From positions 1-48,562 of the IMG/VR virus record IMGVR_UViG_3300033518_000147: a stretch of 48,562 bases of DNA; one strand, given 5' to 3'. Both the position numbers and the translations under genes were made by a program. This DNA comes from a virus. Taxonomy: Duplodnaviria; Caudoviricetes. The notes below the pieces were generated by a model, which did not search any database, was not told the DNA's origin, and saw only the letters and a list, made by a program, of their open reading frames with translations. Every line of letters starts with the position of its first letter. Position 1 is the first letter of the stretch. Of the stretch, positions 1-7,560 are shown piece after piece.

Positions 1-945
1 AAATCTCACAACATAAGTAAAGCGATTGATAAGTTAGAAGGAGGAGTGCGTGAGGTAGTTGGAATTTCTAATAACGATAGAAAAAACTCACAAGTTAAAG
101 GATGTATGTCATTTGATAAAACGTTAAAAGAAAATGATGTTCACGAGACTATTAACATCACAGCTCCAGCAACTGAAAACGCTAAAAAATGGAATGGCTT
201 TGGTACAGCTTTAAAGCCAGCACATGAAGATATCTGTCTAGCTCGTAAGCCAATTCAGGCTAATACGATTGCAGAGAATGTTTTAACGTTCGGTACAGGT
301 TCGTTGAACATTGACGGCTGTAGGGTTGGTGGTGCAAGTTTTAAAGAGCTTGCTAGAGAAAACAAGTCTGATAAAGGGATGTTTGGAGTAGGTAATAATA
401 ATAATAAAGCACAAATTGATCTTGAAAACGGAAATGAATGTGCTGGACGCTTTCCTGCTAATTTGATACACGATGGCTCTCCAGAGGTTTTAAGCGTGTT
501 TCCGAATACTTCTGGATCATCAGCAAGCCGTTATTTCTATTCAGCGAAGTGCAATAACCGTGATCGCAACGAGGGATTGGAAGAGTTTGAAAGTAAGAAG
601 ACTGGATGTCTTACTGGAAATCTTATTGAAGGAGCAAGATTAGGAGGAGACGGAAGTCCTATTAAAACTCCTGTAAGAGAGAACGTACATCCGACGGTGA
701 AACCTACAGATTTGATGGCGTATTTATGCCGTTTGATCACTCCAGTGGGTGGTACGGTGCTTGATATGTTTAACGGGTCAGGAAGCACTGGAAAAGCGGC
801 TATCCGTGAGGGGTTTAAGTATATCGGCTGTGAGTTGGATGTAAATTACGTCAATATATCGAAAGCACGTATAGATTTCGAGCAAAAACGTGTTGATGAT
901 AATAATGCAAAAAAGTTAGAAAAAGAATTGAAAAAAGCAGCGTGA
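1..945 (+). CDS. Phage DNA methyltransferase (N4-C/N6-A family), 5' end outside the window
   Basis: Frame is open from base 1 (KSHNISKAIDK); motifs GTALKPAHEDI, GRFPANL, HPTVKP and SAM-binding VLDMFNGSGSTG. Confidence 0.9.
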   Translation, partial: KSHNISKAIDKLEGGVREVVGISNNDRKNSQVKGCMSFDKTLKENDVHETINITAPATENAKKWNGFGTALKPAHEDICLARKPIQANTIAENVLTFGTGSLNIDGCRVGGASFKELARENKSDKGMFGVGNNNNKAQIDLENGNECAGRFPANLIHDGSPEVLSVFPNTSGSSASRYFYSAKCNNRDRNEGLEEFESKKTGCLTGNLIEGARLGGDGSPIKTPVRENVHPTVKPTDLMAYLCRLITPVGGTVLDMFNGSGSTGKAAIREGFKYIGCELDVNYVNISKARIDFEQKRVDDNNAKKLEKELKKAA

Positions 946-1395
946 TTACAAGCGTTTAACTGATTTAACGGATGTATTTATGGAGGAACCAGTCTTATCA
1001 ACTGGTTTTTCTACTTTATCTTGCTCTTCTAATACATCTATTAATGTATGTTTTTCTTCATCAGCACTTTGCATTGCTATGTAATCATCATAACCAAAAG
1101 GTATATAAAACATACCTATTACGAAGCGGTTAAATTTTAATGATTCTGTAAATATTACGAACTGTAGAAAATGAGATTTATTTTCATCATTCCAGTTCAT
1201 TGAAATCTTTGCAGGCTTATCTTTAACGTACTGATTAATAAATTGCTTTTTTGTTAGATTTGCAAATTGTTTGATATTGACGTCTTTTACTAGCTGGTTC
1301 ATTGTATTTCTAAATTCTATTTCAGTTATAGAATCGAATACGTAATCTAAAATGTCGTCTTTTACTGAAATATCAACGCTTCTACGCATGTGCAT
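946..1395 (-). CDS. Hypothetical protein with shared C-terminal tag (EKHTL...VKRL)
   Basis: 149-aa ORF, GGAG upstream; resembles the neighbouring 1408-1854 protein. Confidence 0.8.
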   Translation of the reverse strand: MHMRRSVDISVKDDILDYVFDSITEIEFRNTMNQLVKDVNIKQFANLTKKQFINQYVKDKPAKISMNWNDENKSHFLQFVIFTESLKFNRFVIGMFYIPFGYDDYIAMQSADEEKHTLIDVLEEQDKVEKPVDKTGSSINTSVKSVKRL

Positions 1396-1407
1396 GGAAC
1401 TACTCCA

Positions 1408-1854
1408 TTAAAGACGTTTTGGATCGTATTTTTCATTGATCGCTTTCATTTCTTTTCTGACACGTCTTCTATTTGCATTAGTTATAGGACGCCATTTTAT
1501 GTCAGATAAGATTTTCTGTTCTTTTAGCGAAACCGACAGTGCAACAAAATGTTCATAATCACCAGATATCTTAAACATAACGCTAGCAATATTTGGACTT
1601 CCATCTTCATTCTTACCGTTATTTAAAGTTAACAATAATAAATTGTCTCCATTTATGTCTTGAGTAAACCTTATTCTATAATTCTTATTCTCCATGCTTT
1701 GTTTCACGAAAGACCATCTATTTATCTTCTTTGAATACAGTCCATCTATATTGTAGAACATACGCATTGTTGTAATCCCACGTTGATAGTCTTCTTTTTT
1801 AATTGATTTGATAGCCAGTTTAAATGCTGGATCTGTGTGTAGTATTTCTTGCAT
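1408..1854 (-). CDS. Hypothetical protein with shared C-terminal tag (EQKIL...PKRL)
   Basis: 148-aa ORF starting 1 nt after the upstream stop, GAGG SD inside the upstream KRL codons. Confidence 0.8.
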   Translation of the reverse strand: MQEILHTDPAFKLAIKSIKKEDYQRGITTMRMFYNIDGLYSKKINRWSFVKQSMENKNYRIRFTQDINGDNLLLLTLNNGKNEDGSPNIASVMFKISGDYEHFVALSVSLKEQKILSDIKWRPITNANRRRVRKEMKAINEKYDPKRL

Positions 1855-1855
1855 T

Positions 1856-2581
1856 TTAGAGCCTCTTAGTGATGGAAGTAGCTGGAGCTGGTGTCTTGGT
1901 GCATTTTAGTAGTGCAGTGCGTTCTTTCTTCGATGTCTTCTCATCAATGATGTGCTGGAACGCTTCTTTGTTGGTCAGATGGTACTGAGCGCTTACACGC
2001 TTGATCTGAGACTGTCTATTGCTTGAAAGATGATAGAGGAATGATGCATTGTTCAGAGACGCTTTAATGATATCAACGTCCATCTTGAGGCTTAGGTTGC
2101 ATTGATGGTAGTAGTTAAGACAGTTAGAGCACAGAACGAGCATGTACTCTTTACGCTTAGCAAAGACCTTGGGTAGGTGTACACAGTAGAACACATCTTG
2201 CTTTGTTTTAATGCACTCAAAGAACGCAAAGAACGCCTCGTTAATCCGTTGAATGGAGTACGGTGCAAAGATATACATACGGGGATAGTTTTTAATCGCA
2301 ATTAGAGCTATCTCTCTGTCTGATGCGTAGAGAGAATTAAAAGAATCTATCATGTAGATATAAGCACAATCCTCTTGTTTAATACATGCTAGAGCTATAT
2401 CCCTATCTTGTTGAAATTCTCTTTCTAAACATAAGAAAACTCCACCCTCCTGGCTATCATTGATTATTGTAATTAATTCGTGCTTAGTTCTAACAGTGGG
2501 AAGAGAAGTAAATATTCCTTCTTGTACTTCCATTATTATGTTTTGCAAGTCTTGACTTTGTAATAATTGATCGTTGTTCAT
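1856..2581 (-). CDS. DUF4116-like helical repeat protein with C-terminal tag (ERTAL...TKRL)
   Basis: Repeats FQQDRDIALACI, YASDREIALIAI, LKMDVDIIKASL; SD TAAGGAG. Confidence 0.8.
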   Translation of the reverse strand: MNNDQLLQSQDLQNIIMEVQEGIFTSLPTVRTKHELITIINDSQEGGVFLCLEREFQQDRDIALACIKQEDCAYIYMIDSFNSLYASDREIALIAIKNYPRMYIFAPYSIQRINEAFFAFFECIKTKQDVFYCVHLPKVFAKRKEYMLVLCSNCLNYYHQCNLSLKMDVDIIKASLNNASFLYHLSSNRQSQIKRVSAQYHLTNKEAFQHIIDEKTSKKERTALLKCTKTPAPATSITKRL

Positions 2582-2604
2582 TTATTCTCCTTATTTGTTA
2601 TAAA

Positions 2605-2613
2605 TTATCCACA
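2605..2613 (+). promoter_or_regulatory. Consensus DnaA box TTATCCACA
   Basis: Exact 9/9 match, overlapping the start of the first 20-bp repeat. Confidence 0.65.
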
Positions 2614-2683
2614 GCGCCAAACCCCCGTATTCAGCGCCAAACCCCCGTATTCAGCGCCAAACCCCCGTATTCAGCGCCAAACC
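2612..2683. repeat. Tandem 20-bp direct repeat CAGCGCCAAACCCCCGTATT x3 plus a 12-bp partial copy (iteron-like)
   Basis: Identical units at 2612, 2632, 2652; partial at 2672. Confidence 0.95.
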
Positions 2684-2699
2684 TTAGTTCTAAGTAAGT

Positions 2700-2823
2700 A
2701 AAACCGATGAAAGGTAAAAAACCGATGAAAGGTCAAAAACCGATGAAAGGTCAAAAACCGATGAAAGGTCAAAAACCGATGAAAGGTCAAAAACCGATGA
2801 AAGGTCAAAAACCGATGAAAGGT
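2700..2823. repeat. Tandem 18-bp direct repeat AAAAACCGATGAAAGGTC x7 (iteron- or centromere-like)
   Basis: Core CCGATGAAAGGT at 2704, 2722, 2740, 2758, 2776, 2794, 2812. Confidence 0.95.
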
Positions 2824-2842
2824 ATTTTTTAAATAATTGCAC

Positions 2843-2873
2843 AAAAATGGACTACCTAACGGCAATCCATTTT
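2843..2873 (-). terminator. Probable intrinsic terminator after the 2891-3331 gene, just upstream of the repeat cluster
   Basis: Minus strand reads GGATTGCC-GTTA-GGTAGTCC-ATTTTT; G-U pairs work only on this strand. Confidence 0.65.
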
Positions 2874-2890
2874 AATTCACTCATTCAGTT

Positions 2891-3331
2891 TTACAGGCGT
2901 TTGGTCGGTGCTTTTTTTGTACTTGTTGCCTTTGTAACATTCTCAAGCATTTCTATTTCTTCGTAATATTCTTTAGAGTCTTCCAGTTGCTGTAAAATTA
3001 TTTTAACTGTAGAAAAGTTGTGAGTTGTTATGTAACAGTCTTCTTCTTCGTAAAATTCATAATATAAATCAAATACTGCTTTCTCTTCATCGCTAAGATT
3101 ATTTTCCCTTTTATCTTCTATATTTAATCTGTTGAACTTTATCAGCTCGTTATTTAAATAATCTTTTAATAATTTATAAGATTGCAAGTCAATTTCTTTA
3201 TTTTTTATCATGCTAAGTATAAATCTTTTGTTTACATAATCCTCTTCAAAGTATTCACTAAAAATATCAAGATAGTCTCCCGTTTTTGTATCAAAAATAA
3301 ACTCTTTTAAATCAATATTAAGTAAATCCAT
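2891..3331 (-). CDS. Acidic hypothetical protein with C-terminal tag (EIEML...TKRL)
   Basis: 146-aa ORF, SD TAAGGGG. Confidence 0.8.
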   Translation of the reverse strand: MDLLNIDLKEFIFDTKTGDYLDIFSEYFEEDYVNKRFILSMIKNKEIDLQSYKLLKDYLNNELIKFNRLNIEDKRENNLSDEEKAVFDLYYEFYEEEDCYITTHNFSTVKIILQQLEDSKEYYEEIEMLENVTKATSTKKAPTKRL

Positions 3332-3507
3332 TTTATTTCCCCTTATTTTTCTTATTTCCTACTATTAGTATAACTCTTTTTTATAATTTATCAACTATTT
3401 TTTATAACATTTCATAAAAATTTTATAACGTATGACAGACGGCAAAGCTTTTTATTATTAATAGATTATAATGTTAATTGAAAATTATAAAATAAGGGAG
3501 AAGTAAA
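3332..3507. promoter_or_regulatory. Very AT-rich divergent promoter region between the two accessory arrays
   Basis: Genes diverge from here; TATAAT at about 3467; SD sequences at both ends. Confidence 0.55.
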
Positions 3508-3828
3508 ATGATTTATAGCAAAAATGACAATTTGGTTTTAAATGCGATTGAAATATTAAAGAAAGATCAATTTACGTTTACTGATGGCAAAAACATGTAC
3601 ATACATGACGAGACATCTAATCCAATAATAAAATTCTTGTGCTATTTCTTTATTAAAAAGGTAGATATATTAGATTATTTACAATTGAGCGAAGTTATAG
3701 ATGTGGAATATAACCCTCCAAACCTAACAATTGAACAGGTACTAGATTATCGCGGAAAGATATGCCGATTTCACAATGAGTTGAAGAGGATTAGAGAGTG
3801 TAATGGATTGATAAAGTATTCAGAATAA
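3508..3828 (+). CDS. Hypothetical protein, probable paralog of 5366-5812, lacks the C-terminal tag
   Basis: MIYSKNDNLVLNAIEILKK vs MIYKKGDPILLMAIKILNK; LDYLQLSE vs LEYIELSE. Confidence 0.75.
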   Translation: MIYSKNDNLVLNAIEILKKDQFTFTDGKNMYIHDETSNPIIKFLCYFFIKKVDILDYLQLSEVIDVEYNPPNLTIEQVLDYRGKICRFHNELKRIRECNGLIKYSE

Positions 3829-3848
3829 AAACAATAAGGAGAACGACA

Positions 3849-4232
3849 ATGAAATTAAAGTATGTCAATTTAATACATCAAGAATTGCTTGAACACTTGG
3901 ATGAAGACTCTTTTGAGGTTTGGAATTGCAGCGATAAACCATTTGGTATGCATAAATACGACGAATTACACCCTTTAATTAATCCTAAGCACACTTATAC
4001 AACGTTTATGAAAGAGCTAGAGCATGAACAGTACGACGTATTCGTTGATAAGTTTTTCAACATACCAGGATCAATGTTAACTTATTACTTGGAAGACACA
4101 AGAATTTACATCAATTCTGATCTGACGTATGAAGAGGCTGCTGCGATTGTGTTGTCTCGCAAAGAGGCTGAGCTATTAGAAGGGATCGTAAAGCAGTGCT
4201 TGAATACATCGTCTAAACGGGGAACATTATGA
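3849..4232 (+). CDS. Hypothetical protein with C-terminal tag (EAELL...KRGTL)
   Basis: 127-aa ORF, SD TAAGGAG, ATGA overlap with next gene. Confidence 0.8.
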   Translation: MKLKYVNLIHQELLEHLDEDSFEVWNCSDKPFGMHKYDELHPLINPKHTYTTFMKELEHEQYDVFVDKFFNIPGSMLTYYLEDTRIYINSDLTYEEAAAIVLSRKEAELLEGIVKQCLNTSSKRGTL

Positions 4233-4465
4233 TGATAGTTAAAAAAATATTTTATAAGGAGTTGCTTGATGAGGCTATGAAAACTTCTGTTCAACCGCTC
4301 GAATGTGAAGGAATAAAGTATTACACAATTGAATTGCTTGAGCTGGCATTTAAAGAAATAGAACTTCACAAAAAATCTGAAGAGGAAAAAGCGTTATTAG
4401 AACAAGAGCTTGGCGTTAAAGAAGAGAAAAAGAATGACAATAAGGTAATAGGAGGCAGGCTATGA
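4229..4465 (+). CDS. Small hypothetical protein with C-terminal tag (EKALL...GGRL)
   Basis: 78-aa ORF with ATGA overlaps at both ends. Confidence 0.75.
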   Translation: MMIVKKIFYKELLDEAMKTSVQPLECEGIKYYTIELLELAFKEIELHKKSEEEKALLEQELGVKEEKKNDNKVIGGRL

Positions 4466-5025
4466 ATCAAAATATCAATTTGGGTGGGGTATGTGGAGAT
4501 CCTGGTCTTTCAGGAATTAAGGGACAAATAGGAATGTATAGTAAAAGTGAGTTCAGTAGAAGGAGATCTCTGAATAGAAATGAAGTATTAAAAGAAGTTA
4601 AAGAAAACGCATATTTACTAGCTTATGTACGTGCTGAATTTCAATCAGATAAGGAAGTAGTACTTGCAGCAATTAATAATAACACTTTTGCTCTGGAATA
4701 TGCAAGCAAGACTATTAGAAACGATAGGGAATTTATTTTAGAAGTAGTAAAGAAAAACGGATTTGCTCTAAAGTTTGCTAAAAATAGACTTAAAAAAGAT
4801 AAAGAAATAGTGCTTAATGCGTTGCAAGATTATGAATATAATTTAGATTATATAGATGTCGTATTAAAAAAGAAGATTAAACAACTCGTATCAGATAATA
4901 TTTGTGCAAATTGTGTTGATGCAGTAAAGCATTTAATAGCAAAAGAAGAGAGAAAATTGTTGAAGAAAGCAATTGGTTCAAAAGGAAAAGAGAAGAGCGT
5001 TAATACTATTGGAGGACGATTATGA
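4462..5025 (+). CDS. DUF4116 repeat protein with C-terminal tag (ERKLL...GGRL)
   Basis: Repeats DKEVVLAAINNNTFALEYAS, DREFILEVVKKNGFALKFA, DKEIVLNAL. Confidence 0.85.
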   Translation: MNQNINLGGVCGDPGLSGIKGQIGMYSKSEFSRRRSLNRNEVLKEVKENAYLLAYVRAEFQSDKEVVLAAINNNTFALEYASKTIRNDREFILEVVKKNGFALKFAKNRLKKDKEIVLNALQDYEYNLDYIDVVLKKKIKQLVSDNICANCVDAVKHLIAKEERKLLKKAIGSKGKEKSVNTIGGRL

Positions 5026-5369
5026 AGCTTAAATACAAGGGAAAGCGTAGAACGGATGGGAAGATAAAATTATTCAAAGTAAATAGAAGTAGTGCAAGTG
5101 GAGACGGTAGGACTGTTAGGGTGGTAATAAGTCTACCATTGCCAAGCAATTTAAATTATCATACATATATTTGGATTGCGTTTTTATCTTTTAAAAGATC
5201 ACAATATGATAAAGCTATAAAGAAACGCATTATGATACAAGCTCATAATATAAGTTTTGAAGATTTACGTGATCTTGAAGGTAGAGCTGAAGTCTGGTAC
5301 GTGCGTATGAAATTAAAACAAGCAATACCAGTAGATAATATAAAAACAACAAAGAAGGAGTGGTTATGA
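5022..5369 (+). CDS. Basic hypothetical protein with variant C-terminal tag (VRMKL...KKEWL)
   Basis: 115-aa ORF, GGAGG SD, ATGA overlaps. Confidence 0.75.
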   Translation: MKLKYKGKRRTDGKIKLFKVNRSSASGDGRTVRVVISLPLPSNLNYHTYIWIAFLSFKRSQYDKAIKKRIMIQAHNISFEDLRDLEGRAEVWYVRMKLKQAIPVDNIKTTKKEWL

Positions 5370-5812
5370 TATACAAGAAAGGAGATCCAATATTATTAAT
5401 GGCAATTAAGATATTAAATAAAGCTAGAGATGATGCAAATGGAATAAACAATCCATTTTATCTAGAAGTGAAAACAGATGATATTCCTAAAGAGTGCTTT
5501 CGATTTGTTAATGATATGACCATAGCATTTGATGCATTTGATTATGGAGAAACATTTGATTTTAGTGGAAACAAAATTAAAACTTTGAATGACTGTTTAG
5601 AATATATAGAACTAAGTGAAGATAATGTAAATGTTTTAGATTATCACAATTCTAAAGGTGATATTGATTACCAAAAATGGTATCAATCAGTGCATAAAAA
5701 CGGATTGTGTATCATGAGAGAGCGTAAAGCACTAGAAGACTCTATAAAGATGGATTGTGATAAAGCGTTAGAAAAGGCGTTGGCAATAAAGAGAACAGGA
5801 GGACGACTATGA
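5366..5812 (+). CDS. Hypothetical protein with C-terminal tag (ERKAL...GGRL)
   Basis: Start moved to ATG 5366 (AAGGAG SD, ATGA overlap, aligns with the 3508 paralog). Confidence 0.8.
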   Translation: MIYKKGDPILLMAIKILNKARDDANGINNPFYLEVKTDDIPKECFRFVNDMTIAFDAFDYGETFDFSGNKIKTLNDCLEYIELSEDNVNVLDYHNSKGDIDYQKWYQSVHKNGLCIMRERKALEDSIKMDCDKALEKALAIKRTGGRL

Positions 5813-6132
5813 AACTGATTAAATTGTTTGACGTTAAAAGAGAACCAATAGGCAAGCACAAGGATTCGTATTGCATTGTGTTTTATAAAAACAAAGCCAG
5901 TCGTTATACCTGTATGAACGAACAGCTCTTTGATAAGGGAACGCACCACGTCTTTGTCGGAAACATCCCGAACGATGACAAGCTCCATATGTTTAGTAGC
6001 TTTCCAGTCAATAAGCTGGACTGTTTAAAGATACACGCAGCAGAGCAATGGTATGAAGCAATAAAGGAAAGAGCCTTATTAGAAAAAGAATTAGAAATAA
6101 ATTACAAACCGATAAAAATTAAGTCATTATAG
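5809..6132 (+). CDS. Hypothetical protein with C-terminal tag (ERALL...IKSL)
   Basis: 107-aa ORF, GGAGG SD, ATGA overlap. Confidence 0.78.
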   Translation: MKLIKLFDVKREPIGKHKDSYCIVFYKNKASRYTCMNEQLFDKGTHHVFVGNIPNDDKLHMFSSFPVNKLDCLKIHAAEQWYEAIKERALLEKELEINYKPIKIKSL

Positions 6133-6143
6133 GAGTATAATTT

Positions 6144-6173
6144 AACCTTTCCATAACAAGAAAGGTTTTTTTT
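6144..6173 (+). terminator. Intrinsic terminator
   Basis: AACCTTTC...GAAAGGTT followed by a T run. Confidence 0.65.
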
Positions 6174-6176
6174 ATT

Positions 6177-6623
6177 ATGTTTAAAGAACGATTTGATCCT
6201 CAATTAATAGCACTAAGACAAGAGTTTAAAAGGCAAATGGTCTTTTTAACTGCTGAAGAGTTAGTCCATCATTGCATCTATAACACACGTGGAAAGAGAA
6301 TTTGTGAGCGGATGATGAAGAGTCATGCTTACACCATGAAATACAATGATTTTCTAGAAGATATGGATTTGTTGGAAATTTACAACTATATCTCAACATG
6401 TATCACAATGAAACGACAAGGTGATGAAGTCTATTTATCTAATAGTGATACCAAAGACACAGCAGCAGTAAGCGGAAGACTTGCTATCATGATTGGATTG
6501 ACGTTAGAGAAGATCTTATTGTTTCTCAACTCACAAGAATACAGGAGTCATCTTGAGCGTATCAAGTTGAATGAATCTGTTCCCGTGCCGTACAAAGCAA
6601 AGCAACGAGCCATTGCACTATAA
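6177..6623 (+). CDS. Hypothetical protein with C-terminal tag (ERIKL...RAIAL)
   Basis: 148-aa ORF. Confidence 0.75.
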   Translation: MFKERFDPQLIALRQEFKRQMVFLTAEELVHHCIYNTRGKRICERMMKSHAYTMKYNDFLEDMDLLEIYNYISTCITMKRQGDEVYLSNSDTKDTAAVSGRLAIMIGLTLEKILLFLNSQEYRSHLERIKLNESVPVPYKAKQRAIAL

Positions 6624-6633
6624 GGAGCAACGC

Positions 6634-6957
6634 ATGACTATTGATGATAAAGACGAATTGCTTATAGCAGTAAAGAAAGACGGGCTAGCACTCAAACATG
6701 CAAGCGATGCACTGAAGAATGATAAGGAAGTAGTTCTAGCAGCAGTCAAGCAAGAGGGATGTGCCTTACAGTATGCAAGCCAAGAGCTTAAAGCAGATAA
6801 GGAAGTCGTGTTAAAAGCAGTAAGACAGACATCATGGACAATACAGTATGCTAGTCCAGGTTTATATTATGACGTTTGTCGAATAGGAACCAATTACGTT
6901 AAAGCACTAAAGCAACTCATTGCAGAAGACATAGGAAGTTTAGCCAAACCTCTTTAA
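6634..6957 (+). CDS. DUF4116 repeat protein
   Basis: Start at ATG 6634 after TAAGGAG; repeats LKNDKEVVLAAVKQEGCALQYAS, LKADKEVVLKAV. Confidence 0.85.
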   Translation: MTIDDKDELLIAVKKDGLALKHASDALKNDKEVVLAAVKQEGCALQYASQELKADKEVVLKAVRQTSWTIQYASPGLYYDVCRIGTNYVKALKQLIAEDIGSLAKPL

Positions 6958-7050
6958 TTGTCTTTATGAACGAGCGGAGCGTAGTGTAATACATAACCAA
7001 ATCCGAAGGATGTTTTGTTATTTAATATTCTATAAAAGGATGTTAAATGA

Positions 7051-7225
7051 ATTGTGCCTTATGCATCCTGTCTTATTGTATCTTATGCATTAGGTATTGT
7101 GTCTTATGTATTACTATGCCTTATGTGTTATGAATCCCGTATTGTGTCTTATGTCTTATAGGATGTTATAAGGTATTCATGTATGTGTATTGTATTCATT
7201 GTATTGGATCCATGCATGCCTTATA
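7051..7225. repeat. Cluster of short (ATTGTG)YCTTAT(G) repeats
   Basis: About 8 copies of YCTTAT, several as ATTGTGYCTTATG (7051, 7096, 7141). Confidence 0.7.
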
Positions 7226-7560
7226 CATCATAGATAGCACGTCAATCCTATCATTAATTGCACGTCTTTAGAGAGATCAGGTGTATTGCTATTAAACCAT
7301 TAACAGAACGCCTATTACACTCATAAAACGCAGTACTTACACTCATAGTAGGATGTTTAACTCATTCACCGCACCGCACTATCATTCACAGCAGGACGTT
7401 TAACCATTAAAAGCCGATCTATTTACTCATTCACCGCACAGCATACACTCAAAGCAAGGCTATTTAACTCATTAATAGACATTCATTTTATTAATAGCAG
7501 GACGTTTAACTCATTGAGAGGAGAGCTTACTATCATTAGAAGCAATGCTTACTACCAAGG
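7225..7560. repeat. Degenerate tandem array with about 21-23-bp period (ACTCATT / TATCATT core)
   Basis: Core CAT/CAA at 7298, 7322, 7344, 7363, 7383, 7405, 7428, 7450, 7470, 7512, 7534, 7556. Confidence 0.7.

Noticed and set aside
2612-2823. CRISPR array
   Set aside because: Repeats are head-to-tail with no unique spacers, and no cas genes are in the window
2671-2865. 64-aa ORF with FHRFLT repeats
   Set aside because: It is the translation of the 18-bp DNA repeat; non-ATG start inside a terminator hairpin and no SD
4441-5812. C-terminal tag as purely a Shine-Dalgarno/ATGA artefact
   Set aside because: This explains GG and the terminal Leu in coupled genes, but not the uncoupled KRL ends (946, 1408, 2891) with varied codons or the upstream E-x-x-x-L helix
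946-6957. KRL/GRL as eukaryotic peroxisomal (PTS1) signals
   Set aside because: Position -3 is not the canonical S/A/C, several ends (GTL, EWL, IAL) do not fit, and nothing indicates a eukaryotic target
7225-7560. CRISPR-like or guide-RNA array
   Set aside because: Units are short and degenerate, without a constant repeat plus unique spacer, and no candidate effector gene is adjacent; kept only as a phased repeat array
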